Below are positions 24,733 to 36,645 of a stretch of DNA of 64,000 nt, in pieces. Every line of letters starts with the position of its first letter. Within the stretch, counting starts at the first letter, position 1. Source of the DNA: Macrostomum lignano (taxonomy: Eukaryota); contig NIVC01000362.1 of assembly GCA_002269645.1 (NCBI GenBank), forward strand, positions 588,883-652,882, written 5' to 3'. A program made the translations under genes and the position numbers. The notes under the pieces were generated by a model that did no database searches, had not been told where the DNA came from, and saw only the letters and a program-made list of their open reading frames with translations.

Positions 24733-25280
24733 GACCATAGACTATTTTAACTAAACTCCCTCCTTTGCCTTCGCCTCTCTCGCGGTTCTTTCTCTCTTCG
24801 ACCATAGACTATTTTAACTAAACTCCCTCCTTTGCCTTCGCCTCTCTCGCAGTTCTTTCTCTCTTCGACCATAGACTATTTTAACTAAACTCCCTCCTTT
24901 GCCTTCGCCTCTCTCGCAGTTCTTTCTCTCTTCGACCATAGACTATTTTAACTAAACTCCCTCTTTTGCCTTCGCCTCTCTCGCGGTTCTTTCTCTCTTC
25001 GACCATAGACTATTTTAACTAAACTCCCTCCTTTGCCTTTGCCTCTCTCGCAGTTCTTTCTCTCTTCGACCATAGACTATTTTAACTAAACTCCCTCCTT
25101 TGCCTTCGCCTCTCTCGCAGTTCTTTCTCTCTTCGACCATAGACTATTTTAACTGCACTGACTCTTTTTTGCCCCCCTCCTCTCTCGCGGTGAACATAGA
25201 CTATTTCAACTACACTGACTATCCTCCCTCTCGGTTCTTCCTCTCTTCGACCATAGACTATTTTAACTACACTCTATCTC
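24733..25280. repeat. 67-bp minisatellite (GACCATAGACTATTTTAACTAAACTCCC...)
   Basis: Six near-perfect copies (24733, 24800, ...) plus two decayed copies. Confidence 0.93.
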
Positions 25281-25554
25281 TCTATGCTATCCAAAAACAA
25301 GTGTAACAACAGGAACGAAGAACGTATAATGAAGCTCATGCGTAAAAAAAACGATAGAAGAAGTGCAACAGAGGGCAGATGACAAGTTGGAAGAGTATTT
25401 TTGTTTTTTAATTACTTTTGATTTGAAGAAGGCGTAGAGGCTTACTTGTTAAAAGTTTGGCCATAGACAAATTTCAACTTAAATCAAACAGCAGTGCAGC
25501 ACAAGGAAATCAAATGACTAAACTAGTAAGCTATGAAAATCTTATTTAAATAAT

Positions 25555-26088
25555 TTACAAATCGAAGTCTTCACTAGGCGCTAATTGAGCTTTCTCTTTC
25601 GGCGACCGCCTCGGCGCAGGCACAGGAGGTGAAGAAAGATTAGGCTGCTGTTGTTGCTGCTTTTGCTTCTGCTGTTCGCGCATGTCTTTCATCTGTTGCC
25701 TGAGAGCTCGCTGCTTTCTATCGGCAATCATCTGTTCCAGACCTTCGCCGCTTCCGCCAGCGAGTTCGCCACGGTCGCTGTCGCCGCAGCTTGACCCATA
25801 GTCGTCCAGTTCCGAGTCGGAGTCCGAGCTGGCTAATCTGTCGTCTTCGCGTTGAAAATCGAAAGTTCGATTCATGGCCGCGATTAGGCCGCCAACGTCG
25901 CTCACTCCACCGCCAGTGTCGCCGGCGTCGTCGGCCAAGCAATCGACGGAGGCGGCGGATTCGTCGCTGATTCCGCAGGAGGCGCCGCCGCTGCCGCTGG
26001 CGCCGGCACTGGCGCCTTCAGCGGTTGAAGCGGTTCGTTTGGCGCCAGCTCGAGGCGCCGGCACTGGCGGCTGTCTGACGGTGGACAT
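25555..26088 (-). CDS. Uncharacterised 177-aa protein: acidic/Ser-rich, short coiled coil, two PPVPAPR motifs
   Basis: Non-repetitive GC-rich ORF in AT-rich/repeat surroundings; ACAATG start with upstream CAG acceptors; no recognised family. Confidence 0.6.
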   Translation of the reverse strand: MSTVRQPPVPAPRAGAKRTASTAEGASAGASGSGGASCGISDESAASVDCLADDAGDTGGGVSDVGGLIAAMNRTFDFQREDDRLASSDSDSELDDYGSSCGDSDRGELAGGSGEGLEQMIADRKQRALRQQMKDMREQQKQKQQQQQPNLSSPPVPAPRRSPKEKAQLAPSEDFDL

Positions 26089-26214
26089 TGTGAATTGCTG
26101 TCTCTCTCTTGCAAACTGCAGATGAGCATCAAGATGGTTGCGTAGGCTTCAAGACATTGGCTTTTCCAATCGAAAATAAATCCAGGTAGATAGTAGAAGA
26201 CAGGCAGACAGAGT

Positions 26215-27122
26215 GATAGATGATCTACCTGCTCAGTGATCTACTTGCTCAGTGATCTACCTGCTCAGTGATCTACCTGCTCAGTGATCTACTTGCTCAG
26301 TGATCTACCTGCTCAGTGATCTACTTGCTCAGTGATCTACCTGCTTAGTGATCTACATGCTCAGTGATCTACCTGCTCAGTGATCTACCTGCTCAGTGAT
26401 TTACTTGCTCAGTGATTTACTTGCTCAGTGATCTACCTGCTCAGTGATCTACCTGCTCAGTGATCTACCTGGTCAGTGATCTACCCGACTAGTGATCTAC
26501 CTGCTTAGTGATCTACCTGCTCAGTGATCTACCTGCCTAGTGATCTACCTGCCTTGTGATCTACCTGCCTTGTGATCTACCTGCTTAGTGATCTACCTGC
26601 TCAGTGATCTACCTGCTTAGTGATCTACCTGCTCAGTGATCTACCTGCTCAGTGATCTACTTGCTCAGTGATCTACCTGCTCAGTGATCTACCCGACTAG
26701 TGATCTACGTGCTTAGTGATCTACCTGCTCAGTGATCTACCTGCTCAGTGATCTACCCGACTAGTGATCTACCTGCTTAGTGATCTACCTGCTCAGTGAT
26801 CTACCTGCCTAGTGATCTACCTGCTTAGTGATCTACCTGCTCAGTGATCTACCTGCTCAGTGATCTACCTGCTCAGTGATCTACCTGCTCAGTGATCTAC
26901 CTGCTTAGTGATCTACCTGCTCAGTGATCTACCTGCTTAGTGATCTACGTGCTTAGTGATCTACCTGCTCAGTGATCTACCTGCTTAGTGATCTACGTGC
27001 TTAGTGATCTACCTGCTCAGTGATCTACCTGCTCAGTGATCTACCTGCTCAGTGATCTACCTGCTTAGTGATCTACCTGCTCAGTGATCTACCTGCTTAG
27101 TGATCTACCTGCTTAGTGATCT
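26215..27122. repeat. 16-bp minisatellite (AGTGATCTACCTGCTC)
   Basis: About 56 copies; same family as 30035-30500. Confidence 0.95.
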
Positions 27123-27381
27123 ATTCTACATTTGGTATTTTATAAAAATGATAATGAAAACCAACAACACGGATTCAATATGATAATTAGCGCATACATA
27201 AGTTACCAATAAAGTTGAAATGCAAATTAACAGCAAGCATATATACCGTATTATCGCGTTTATTTAAAAATATTTGCAAACATGATAGCATTGAGAGTCG
27301 CAGAAAATATAAGTATATAATAAACAGTTACATTTATTAAACGCAGAAAATCATTTATACTCGTAGTTTACCAAATAAGCG

Positions 27382-27630
27382 TCAACCTTTAACAGCCGGA
27401 GCAGACGAATAATCCCTAGTAACGTCTTCTTTGGCTTTGCCTGTCTGTTTGGGCATTTTTCTGGTCTCCGCCTCGATGTCTTTAGCCTTGTAGTAGTGCG
27501 GCGCCACCTCCAGCAGCCAGCGCGGATCGATCTCGACGACCTGACGCATGAACTCCTTAGTGGTGAACACTAGCTCGAAGTAGATCACCCAGGGCGGTCG
27601 GTCTTCTACTACGGACGAGTTCGGGTGCAC
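27382..27630 (-). CDS. DHX16: DHX16/Prp2 DEAH-box splicing helicase, exon 6 (last)
   Basis: Acceptor CCGCAG|GTG; VHPNSS...[37 protein letters not shown] (OB-fold C-terminus). Confidence 0.95.
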   Translation of the reverse strand: MHPNSSVVEDRPPWVIYFELVFTTKEFMRQVVEIDPRWLLEVAPHYYKAKDIEAETRKMPKQTGKAKEDVTRDYSSAPAVKG

Positions 27631-27696
27631 CTGCGGTTTTTAAGATTAGCGGCGGTAGGTAGATTTACCGCTCAATCAAGTTTAGAAAAACGGCTC

Positions 27697-28200
27697 CTCC
27701 CTGATCCTTCAGTGGGTGCCGCTAACCCTCCCCGTTCCTTCAGTGGGTGCCGCTAACCCTCCCCGATCCTTCAGTGGGTGCCGCTAACCCTCCCTGATCC
27801 TTCAGTGGGTGCCGCTAACCCTCCCCGTTCCTTCAGTGGGTGCCGCTAACCCTCCCCGATCCTTCAGTGGGTGCCGCTAACCCTCCCCGTTCCTTCAGTG
27901 GGTGCCGCTAACCCTCCCTGATCCTTCAGTGGGTGCCGCTAACCCTCCCCGATCCTTCAGTGGGTGCCGCTAACCCTCCCTGATCATTCAGTGGGTGCCG
28001 CTAACCCTCCCCGATCCTTCAGTGGGTGTCGCTAACCCTCCCCGATCATTCAGTGGGTGCCGCTAACCCTCCCCGATCCTTCAGTGGGTGCCGCTAACCC
28101 TCCCCGATCATTCAGTGGGTGCCGCTAACCCTCCCCGATCCTTCAGTGGGTGCCGCTAACCCTCCCTGATCATTCAGTGGGTGCCGCTACCCTCTCCCTG
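27697..28200. repeat. 31-bp minisatellite (CTAACCCTCCCCGATCCTTCAGTGGGTGCCG) in DHX16 intron 5
   Basis: About 16 copies. Confidence 0.95.
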
Positions 28201-29160
28201 ATACTTGAGCAGGTTCAGAGGTTCAGATACCCTCTCTAAAGCTTGAGCAGGCTCAGATACCCCTCTCTAAAGCTTGAGCAGGCTCAGATATCCCTCTCTA
28301 AAGCTTGAGCAGGCTCAGATATCCCTCTCTAAAGCTTGAGCAGGCTCAGATATCCCTCTCTAAAGCTTGAGCAGGCTCAGATATCCCTCTCTAAAGCTTG
28401 AGCAGGCTCAGATACCCCTCTCTAAAGCTTGACCAGGCTCAGATACCCTCTCTAAAGCTTGAGCAGGCTCAGATATCCCTCTCTAAAGCTTGAGCAGGTT
28501 CAGATATCCCTCTCTAAAGCTTGAGCAGGCTCAGATATCCCTCTCTAAAGCTTGAGCAGGCTCAGATACCCCTCTCTAAAGCTTGAGCAGGCTCAGATGC
28601 CCCTAAAGCTTGAGCAGGCTCAGATACCCCTCTCTAAAGCTTGAGCAGGCTCAGATACCCCTCTCTAAAGCTTGAGCAGGCTCAGATATCCCTCTCTAAA
28701 GCTTGAGCAGGCTCAGATATCCCTCTCTAAAGCTTGAGCAGGCTCAGATATCCCTCTCTAAAGCTTGAGCAGGCTCAGATATCCCTCTCTAAAGCTTGAG
28801 CAGGCTCAGATACCCCTCTCTAAAGCTTGACCAGGCTCAGATACCCTCTCTAAAGCTTGAGCAGGCTCAGATATCCCTCTCTAAAGCTTGAGCAGGTTCA
28901 GATATCCCTCTCTAAAGCTTGAGCAGGCTCAGATATCCCTCTCTAAAGCTTGAGCAGGCTCAGATACCCCTCTCTAAAGCTTGACCAGGCTCAGATACCC
29001 TCTCTAAAGCTTGAGCAGGCTCAGATATCCCTCTCTAAAGCTTGAGCAGGTTCAGATATCCCTCTCTAAAGCTTGAGCAGGCTCAGACACCCTCTCTAAA
29101 ACTTGAGCACGCTCAGATACCCCTCTCTAAAGCTTGAGCAGGCTCAGATACCCCTCTCTT
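28201..29160. repeat. 31-bp minisatellite (GCAGGCTCAGATATCCCTCTCTAAAGCTTGA) in DHX16 intron 5
   Basis: About 31 copies abutting the previous array and running to about 15 bp from the donor. Confidence 0.95.
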
Positions 29161-29175
29161 GAGCACAGCACGCAC

Positions 29176-29994
29176 CTGCACAGTGTGCTGATGCTTCACA
29201 GTCCGGTAGCCGTCCCTGCTAAACTTGGCAGTGTGATAAAAGAATCCAGCAGTAATAGCCTTGCGAATAGGCACCGAGTCGCTATTGCAGGAGACTAAAT
29301 CAACTTCAACGCGTTCCAACAGGCCTTCAAATTGATCTCGAATATCTCTGGCCCGTTTCATCGATCGGTGCTGAATAAAATTTTCGTAGCACCATTGAAC
29401 GGAATAGTTAGCCAATTTCCACTGGTTGAACACGTTCAACAGAGTGAGATGGTCGCCGCCTGGTCTGTAGAAACTCTTCCTAGCCGTGTCGGCATGTATT
29501 GCCTTGTCCTTAGGCCGATAGAATATCGCATTATTAACTGACAGCATTGCCGCTATGGTGATAATCTCGTCAGAGCATTTGTACTTCTCCGATGCCAGAA
29601 TCATTTTCGATAGCATGGGATCGCACGGCAACTCGGCCATTCGCCTACCCAGTTTAGTCAGCTCGCCTTTGTGATTGAGCGCGCCCAGCGCGTATAGCTG
29701 CTCCAGCGCCATCACCAGAGTGTCATTCGGCGGCGGGTCCATGAAATCAAAGTGCAATAAATCATTGATGCCAAGAGACTTCAATAATAGGACAACGTTG
29801 CCTAGATTAGTCCGCTGGATCTCCGGGACTGGCTGGCTCTCCAGCTCGTGCTTGTAGGTCCAGGCCGTGTACAAGCGGAAACATTTGCCGTCCCTGACTC
29901 GGCCGGCCCGGCCGGCGCGCTGGTCTGCGCCAGCCTTGGATATTGGCTGCACTAGCAGCGACTCCATGCCCGTGCGGGCGTTGTACGACTTCAC
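29176..29994 (-). CDS. DHX16: DHX16 exon 5 (273 codons; motif VI and HA2)
   Basis: [25 protein letters not shown]; acceptor CCCAG|GTG, donor CAG|GTGCGT. Confidence 0.97.
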
Positions 29995-30034
29995 CTGGGT
30001 TGGCGGGGTGGGGCAATGGTGTGTATCGTGACCT

Positions 30035-30500
30035 ACCTAGTGATCTGCCTAGTGATCTGCTTAGTGATCTACCTGCCTTGTGATCTACCTGCCTTGTGAT
30101 CTACCTGCCTAGTGATCTACCTGCCTTGTGATCTACCTGCCTTGTGATCTACCTGCCTTGTGATCTACCTGCCTTGTGATCTACCTGCCTTGTGATCTAC
30201 CTGCCTAGTGATCTACCTGCCTAGTGATCTACTTGCCTAGTGATCTACCGGCCTAGTGATCTACCTGCCTTGTGATCTACCTGCCTTGTGATCTACTTGC
30301 CTAGTGATCTACTTGCCTAGTGATCTACCTGCCTTGTGATCTACCTGCCTTGTGATCTACCTGCCTAGTGATCTACCTGCCTAGTGATCTACCTGCCTAG
30401 TGGTCTACCTGTCTAGTGATCTACCTGCCTAGTGATCTACCTGCCTAGTGGTCTACCTGCCTAGTGATCTGCCTGCCTAGTGATCTACCTGCCTAGTGAT
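30035..30500. repeat. 16-bp minisatellite (GTGATCTACCTGCCTW) in DHX16 intron 4
   Basis: About 29 copies, followed by a degenerate ATCT-rich tract to about 30690. Confidence 0.95.
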
Positions 30501-30770
30501 CAATCGGTAGATAGATCCGTCCATTTACAGATTCGTTCATCTATCTACCGATTCATCAATCTATCTACCAATTCATCCATCTATATACTGATTCATCAAT
30601 CTATCTACCGATTCATCTATTCATCTACCAATTAATCCATCCACTGATTAATCTAATCAATAAATCTACCGATAGATCTGAACATAATTACTAATTGAGT
30701 GTCTATAAAGAATACAGCTAGCTCATATCTACCATAGCGCAGACGCAAAAGTCAAAAAATCAATAATCAC

Positions 30771-31613
30771 CTTGCTATATCCAGTATCGATGACGTACAC
30801 AATGCCGTCAATAGTAAGCGAAGTCTCGGCAATATTAGTACCAATAACAACCTTCCTAGCGTTAGGCGGAGTCGGCTCAAATATTTTGCCTTGCATATCC
30901 GAGGGCAGAGTGGAATAGATTGGCGTTATGATCAGTTCGCGCATTTTCGAACCCAATCGTCGAGTTTTCTCTTTGAGAATCTCTTCGGCAGTTTCAATCT
31001 CTTCTTGGCCAGTGAGGAATACTAGAATATCGCCAGGCAGAGGCTGGGTGAGATGAATTTGCAGCACCGACACTACAGCGGCGTCAACGTAATCAGCCTC
31101 GGGCGCTTTCGTATAGTAGATATCGACATTGTACCGCCGGCCAGGTATGCGAAAGATATTCGCGTCGTCAAAGAATGTAGAGAATTTATCGGCATCCAAA
31201 GTGGCCGAACTAATCAATAGCTTGAGCTCGGGACGGAATCTGGCAATGTCTTTTACTAAACCGAAAAGTACATCAGTGTGCAGAGTCCGCTCGTGCGCCT
31301 CGTCAATAATCATAACGCTATAGGAGCCCAGATCCGGCTCGGTTAGGAATTCGCGCAGCAGCATGCCGTCTGTCATGTACTTGACCACGGTTCGATCGCT
31401 GGTGCAGTCCTCGAATCGGATGCTGTAGCCAACCTCGTTGCCTAGCTTCACGCCCATCTCTTGGGCTACGCGAGCGGCTACTGACATGGCGGCTACGCGG
31501 CGAGGCTGGGTGCAGCCAATCTTTTTACCGTCGCGACAATAGCCGGCCTCGTATAGGTACTGCGGTATCTGCGTGGACTTGCCGCTGCCCGTCTCGCCCT
31601 CGATAATTAGCAC
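30771..31613 (-). CDS. DHX16: DHX16 exon 4 (281 codons; motifs I-V)
   Basis: [49 protein letters not shown]; acceptor GCGCAG|GTG, donor AAG|GTGATT. Confidence 0.98.
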
Positions 31614-31627
31614 CTGCGCGTGGCAGA

Positions 31628-32100
31628 GGGGGGCGATTTTGGGGCGATTATCAGGGCGATTGTTGGGGCGATTATCAGGGCGATTGTTGGGGCGATTATC
31701 AAGGCGATTGTTGGGGCGATTATCAGGGCGATTGTTGGGGCGATTATCAGGGCGATTGTTGGGGCGATTATCAGGGCGATTGTTGGGGCGATTATCAGGG
31801 CGATTGTTGGGGCGATTATCAGGGCGATTGTTGGGCAATTGTTGGGGCGATTATCGGGGCGATTATCGGGGCGATTATTGGGGCGATTATCGTGATTGTT
31901 GGGGCGATTATCAGGGCGATTGTTGAGGCGATTATCGGGGCGATTGTTGGGGCGATTATCGTGGTGATTGTTGGGGCGATTATCAGGGCGATTATCGGGG
32001 CGATTGTTGGGGCGATTATCGGGGCGATTGTTGGGGTTGTTGGGGCGATTATCGGGACGATTGTGGGAGCGATTGTCGTGGTGATTTTGGGGCGATTATC
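31628..32100. repeat. 12/24-bp minisatellite (GGGGCGATTATCAGGGCGATTGTT) in DHX16 intron 3
   Basis: Fills about 470 of 534 intron bases. Confidence 0.95.
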
Positions 32101-32147
32101 GAAGTGAATTTGAAAATTAGAGGTTCTTCTAATTTCCCACTGCAAAC

Positions 32148-32504
32148 CTGGTTAGTCTCGATCGCTTTTAACAGATCGTCGCGAAACGGATACACCGGCA
32201 GGCTCTGCCGCGTCTCCTGCAGCGTCAGCCGCCGCTTCTGCGCCTCGGTCAGTTGAGACTTGCCTCCCTCACTGTCCTCATCCTGTTGATCCTGACTGCC
32301 GCGCATAGTAACCGCTCGAACAAAATCGATCTCGTCGTCCAGCAGATAGCCGCCATATTCGTCGTCGTCTTTGGCTTTGGCGACTTTTCTGGCGTCGCGA
32401 GCACCGACGGAGAAGGTGGCAGCGGCCAGGTGCTCGGTCTCCCAGCGTTTCTGCTCGCCATGGGGACCTTTCTCATGCTCGTCCTCCAGGTAGCGGTCTT
32501 CAAT
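32148..32504 (-). CDS. DHX16: DHX16 exon 3 (119 codons)
   Basis: GEQKRWE...FSVGARDA, YLLDDEIDFV, RQSLPVYPFRDDLLKAI; acceptor GCTCAG|ATT, donor CAG|GTTTGC. Confidence 0.95.
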
Positions 32505-32559
32505 CTGAGCGGTTTGAGACAATTGGAGCAAATACTTGAGTTGTACGAATTTTGTAATA

Positions 32560-33295
32560 GAGATTATTCAAGTCTGGAATCCCATCATGGGGATTATTCA
32601 AGTCTGGAATCCCATCATGGGGATTATTCAAGTCTGGAATCCCATCATGGGGATTATTCAAGTCTGGAATCCCATCATGGGGATTATTCAAGTCTGGAAT
32701 CCCATCATGGGGATTATTCCTGTTCGGATTCCCATCATGGGGATTATTCCTGTTCGGATTCCCATCATGGGGATTATTCCTGTTCGGAGTCTCATAATGG
32801 GGATTATTCAAGTTTGAAATCCCTATCATGGGGATTATTCGAGTTCGGAATCTTATCATGGGGATTATTCCTGTTCGGATTCCCATCATGGGGATTATTC
32901 CTGTTCGGATTCCCATCATGGGGATTATTCCTGTTCGGAGTCTCATAATGGGGATTATTCAAGTTTGAAATCCCTATCATGGGGATTATTCGAGTTCGGA
33001 ATCTTATCATGGGGATTATTCCTGTTCGGATTCCCATCATGGGGATTGTTCCTGTTCGGATTCCCATCATGGGGATTATTCCTGTTCGGAGTCTCATAAT
33101 GGGGATTATTCAAGTTTGAAATCCCTATCATGGGGATTATTCGAGTTCGGAATCTCATCATGGGATTATACCAGTTTGGATTCCCATTATGAGGATTATA
33201 ACAGTTTGGATTCCCATTATGGATATTATTCCTGTTCGGAATCCCACTATGGGATTATTTTAAGTTTGGAATCCCATCATGAGGATTATTCAACC
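32560..33295. repeat. 30-bp palindromic minisatellite (CCCATCATGGGGATTATTCCTGTTCGGATT) with 151-bp higher-order period, DHX16 intron 2
   Basis: About 24 monomers; the CTCATAATGG variant recurs at 32791, 32942 and 33093. Confidence 0.93.
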
Positions 33296-33367
33296 ATCAA
33301 GGCCATTCATGGTAAGGGAGACAATTAAAAAGCAAGTGTACAAAAAATGGGAAAACACGACAATTAC

Positions 33368-33532
33368 CTGACGATCCTTGGATGGAATAAAGTACTTATC
33401 GACCTTCTGCTCTTCACCAGCGGCAACGTGGGCTTTGGCCACCTGCAGAATCTGCTGCTTGGATCGCTTCTGATGCCGCTCGCGCTCAGTCAGCTCCTCC
33501 TCGTCGAATAGGGCGTCCTCGTCGAGCACCTC
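33368..33532 (-). CDS. DHX16: DHX16 exon 2 (55 codons)
   Basis: EVLDEDALFDEEELTERER...; acceptor TACCAG|GAG, donor CAG|GTAATT. Confidence 0.92.
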
Positions 33533-33616
33533 CTGGTAAATTAAAAAATGCGATTAAATATTACATTAACACGCGACAGAATAGAAGTAAATTAGAACTC
33601 ATATGCTAAAAAGTGG

Positions 33617-34350
33617 TCACTCTAGCACTCCAAGCGTCACTCTAGCACTCTGAACGTCACTCTAGCACTCCAAGCGTCACATTAGCACTCCAAGCGTCAC
33701 CCTAGCACTCCAAGCGTCACCCTAGCACTCTGAGCGTCACTCTAGCACTCAAAGCGTCACATTAGCACTCTGAGCGTCACTCTAGCACTCAAAGCGTCAC
33801 ATTAGCACTCCAAGCGTCACCCTAGCACTCCAAGCGTCACTCTAGCACTCCAAGCGTCACATTAGCACTCCAAGCGTCACATTAGCACTCCAAGCGTCAC
33901 CCTTGCACTCCAAGCATCACTCTAGCACTTCAAGCATCACTCTAGCACTCCAAGCGTCACATTAGCACTCTGAGCGTCACATTAGCAATCTGAGCGTCAC
34001 ATTAGCACTCTGAGCGTCACTCTAGCACTCTGAGCGTCACTCTAGCACTCCAAGCGTCACCCTAGCACTCCAAGCGTCACTCTAGCACTCAAAGCGTCAC
34101 ATTAGCACTCCAAGCGTCACATTAGCACTCCAAGCGTCACCCTTGCACTCCAAGCATCACTCTAGCACTTCAAGCATCACTCTAGCACTCCAAGCGTCAC
34201 ATTAGCACTCTGAGCGTCACATTAGCACTCTGAGCGTCACATTAGCACTCTGAGCGTCACATTAGCACTCTGAGCGTCACATTAGCACTCTGAGCGTCAC
34301 ATTAGCACTCTGAGCGTCACTCTGGCACTCTAAGCGTCAATCTAGCACTC
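33617..34350. repeat. 20-bp minisatellite (TCTAGCACTCCAAGCGTCAC) in DHX16 intron 1
   Basis: About 36 copies. Confidence 0.95.
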
Positions 34351-34439
34351 AAATAGTACTCTAGAACCCAGAGTCACTCTAGAAAGGTCACTCCAAAACT
34401 AATAAATCGTCTCTATATGCACACTCAAAGCGGACCAAC

Positions 34440-34925
34440 CTGTTCTAAATCCTGCAGCTTATCGTATTTGCGCTTATTCAAATATTCCCTACGCGATTTG
34501 GTTCGCAACTCGCGCAGTTGAGCATTTTTATCAAAGTCTGACAAAGCAGCCGAAGAGGCCGCACGTCGATCAGCGGCCGCCGCGGCGGCGGCCCTGGCTG
34601 AACGGGACTCGCCAACTCGCCTGGTGCGATCGCGTTCTCTTTCGAGCACGCGCTTAGAAAATGCGTCGCGTTCGCGCAGGTCGGCCTGACGAAGCTGCTC
34701 CTCTCGTTCAAAAGCGTCTTCGCCGTCGTCGTCGTTGTCGGCAACGACCTTCTTTGTCTTTTTCGCAATCGAGGTCGCCGGCTTCTTCAACGACGGTCGG
34801 ACGTCATCGCCGTCTGAGCTGTCGTTTGACACGTCAGTGTCGGCGTCGTTGCCGCCACAACGGCCGCCTGTTGGTCGACGAAATTGTCGACCACCACCGC
34901 CGCCACCGTGAAAGGATGACGACAT
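34440..34925 (-). CDS. DHX16: DHX16 exon 1 (162 codons; spliced total about 972 aa)
   Basis: DLRERDAFSKRVLERERDRTR and LRTKSRREYLNKRKYDKL match the Prp2/DHX16 N-terminal segment; donor CAG|GTTGGT; in-frame TGA upstream of the ATG. Confidence 0.88.
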
Positions 34926-35029
34926 AGTTGAGTGAACAGTCAGCTGAGAACTTCACCTAGAGGCTTTCTATTCATAAAAGGTACAAATACAGTTCTCGTT
35001 GATGTTCCATTTTAAAAGATTATTGAACT

Positions 35030-35607
35030 AAGGACCTGTCACTGCCCTAGAGGGGTATCTGGAATTAGGGACTGTCACTGCCCTAGAGGGGTTTGTAATG
35101 GGGGACTGTCACTGCCCTAGCGGGGTTCGTAATTGGGGACTGTCACTGCCCTAGAGAGGTTTGTAATTGGGGACTGTCACTGCCCTAGAGGGGTTTGTAA
35201 TTGGGGACTGTCACTGCCCTAGAGGGGTATCTGGAATTGGGGACTGTCACTGCCCTAGAGGGATATCTGGAATGGGGGACTGTCACTGCCCTAGAGGGAT
35301 ATCTGGAATGGGGGACTGTCACTGCCCTAGAGGGGTATCTGGAATGGGGGACTGTCACTGCCCTAGAGGGATATCTGGAATGGGGGACTGTCACTGCCCT
35401 AGAGGGATATCTGGAATGGGGGACTGTCACTGCCCTAGAGGGGTTTGGAATGGGGGACTGTCACTGCCCTAGAGGGATATCTGGAATGGGGGACTGTCAC
35501 TGCCCTAGAGGGGTATCTGGAATGGGGGACTGTCACTGCCCTAGAGGGATATCTGGAATGGGGGACTGTCACTGCCCTAGAGGGATATCTGGAATGGGCG
35601 ACTGTCA
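35030..35607. repeat. 36-bp minisatellite (GGGGACTGTCACTGCCCTAGAGGGATATCTGGAATG; 34-bp variants)
   Basis: About 16 copies immediately upstream of DHX16. Confidence 0.95.
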
Positions 35608-35939
35608 TCCTGTCGAGAATGTCTATAAGGAAGCTCAGTCTCTGCCCCATAGGCGTCTCACTAAAATAGAGTCAATAAATCAATCAAGTTTTATTTTACT
35701 AATAGTTCTATTTCATAAACTGCTAACAGTTTTCTTACTAGCTAATAAATTGAACTTAAAGAACGACTCGATCAGCTTAAAGCGCAAAAAATCGATAGAG
35801 TCAAAATGCAGGCCGAACACTCAAAGAGAAGCCGTACACTATGACATAAAAAGCGAACAAAAGTACATTTATCCCACAGTTATTACATGAACAAGCAAAA
35901 ACTTTAACAATGGAACAAACTGTGAATTGTGAAAGGAAC

Positions 35940-36645
35940 CACAAAATAGCCATCATGACGTGGTAGATCTACTCATCAAAGCACGATGAAAATGGCCATC
36001 ATGAGGTGGTAGATCTACTCATCAAAGCACGATGAAAATGGCCATCATGAGGTGGTAGATCTACTTATCAAAGCACAATACAAAATGGCCATCATGAGGT
36101 GGTAGATCTACTCATCAAAGCACAATACAAAATGGCCATCATGAGGTGGTAGATCTACTTATCAAAGCACAATACAAAATGGCCATCATGAGGTGGTAGA
36201 TCGACTCATCAAAGCACAATACAAAATGGCCATCATGAGGTGGTAGATCTACTTATCAAAGCACAATACAAAATGGCCATCATGAGGTGGTAGATCTACT
36301 CATCAAAGCACAATACAAAATGGCCATCATGAGGTGGTAGATCGACTCATCAAAGCACAATACAAAATGGCCATCATGAGGTGGTAGATCTACTCATCAA
36401 AGCACAATACAAAATGGCCATCATGAGGTGGTAGATCTACTTATCAAAGCACAATACAAAATGGCCATCATGAGGTGGTAGATCGACTCATCAAAGCACA
36501 ATACAAAATGGCCATCATGAGGTGGTAGATCGACTCATCAAAGCACAATACAAAATGGCCATCATGAGTTGGTAGATCTACTCATCAAAGCACAATACAA
36601 AATAGCCATCATGAGGTGGTAGATCTACTCATCAAAGCACGATGA
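35940..36645. repeat. 47-bp satellite array (CAAAATGGCCATCATGAGGTGGTAGATCTACTCATCAAAGCACAATA), about 15 copies
   Basis: Direct tandem copies, period 47. Confidence 0.95.

Noticed and set aside
24530-25480. Extra downstream coding exons for the 25555-26088 gene
   Set aside because: The candidate donor TT|GTAAAT joined to the 25446-25477 micro-exon or to acceptors near 24630-24710 gives early stops or a phase mismatch.
31614-31838. NNRPD repeat as the N-terminus of the helicase
   Set aside because: It lies in intron 3; exon 3 splices in frame to 31613.
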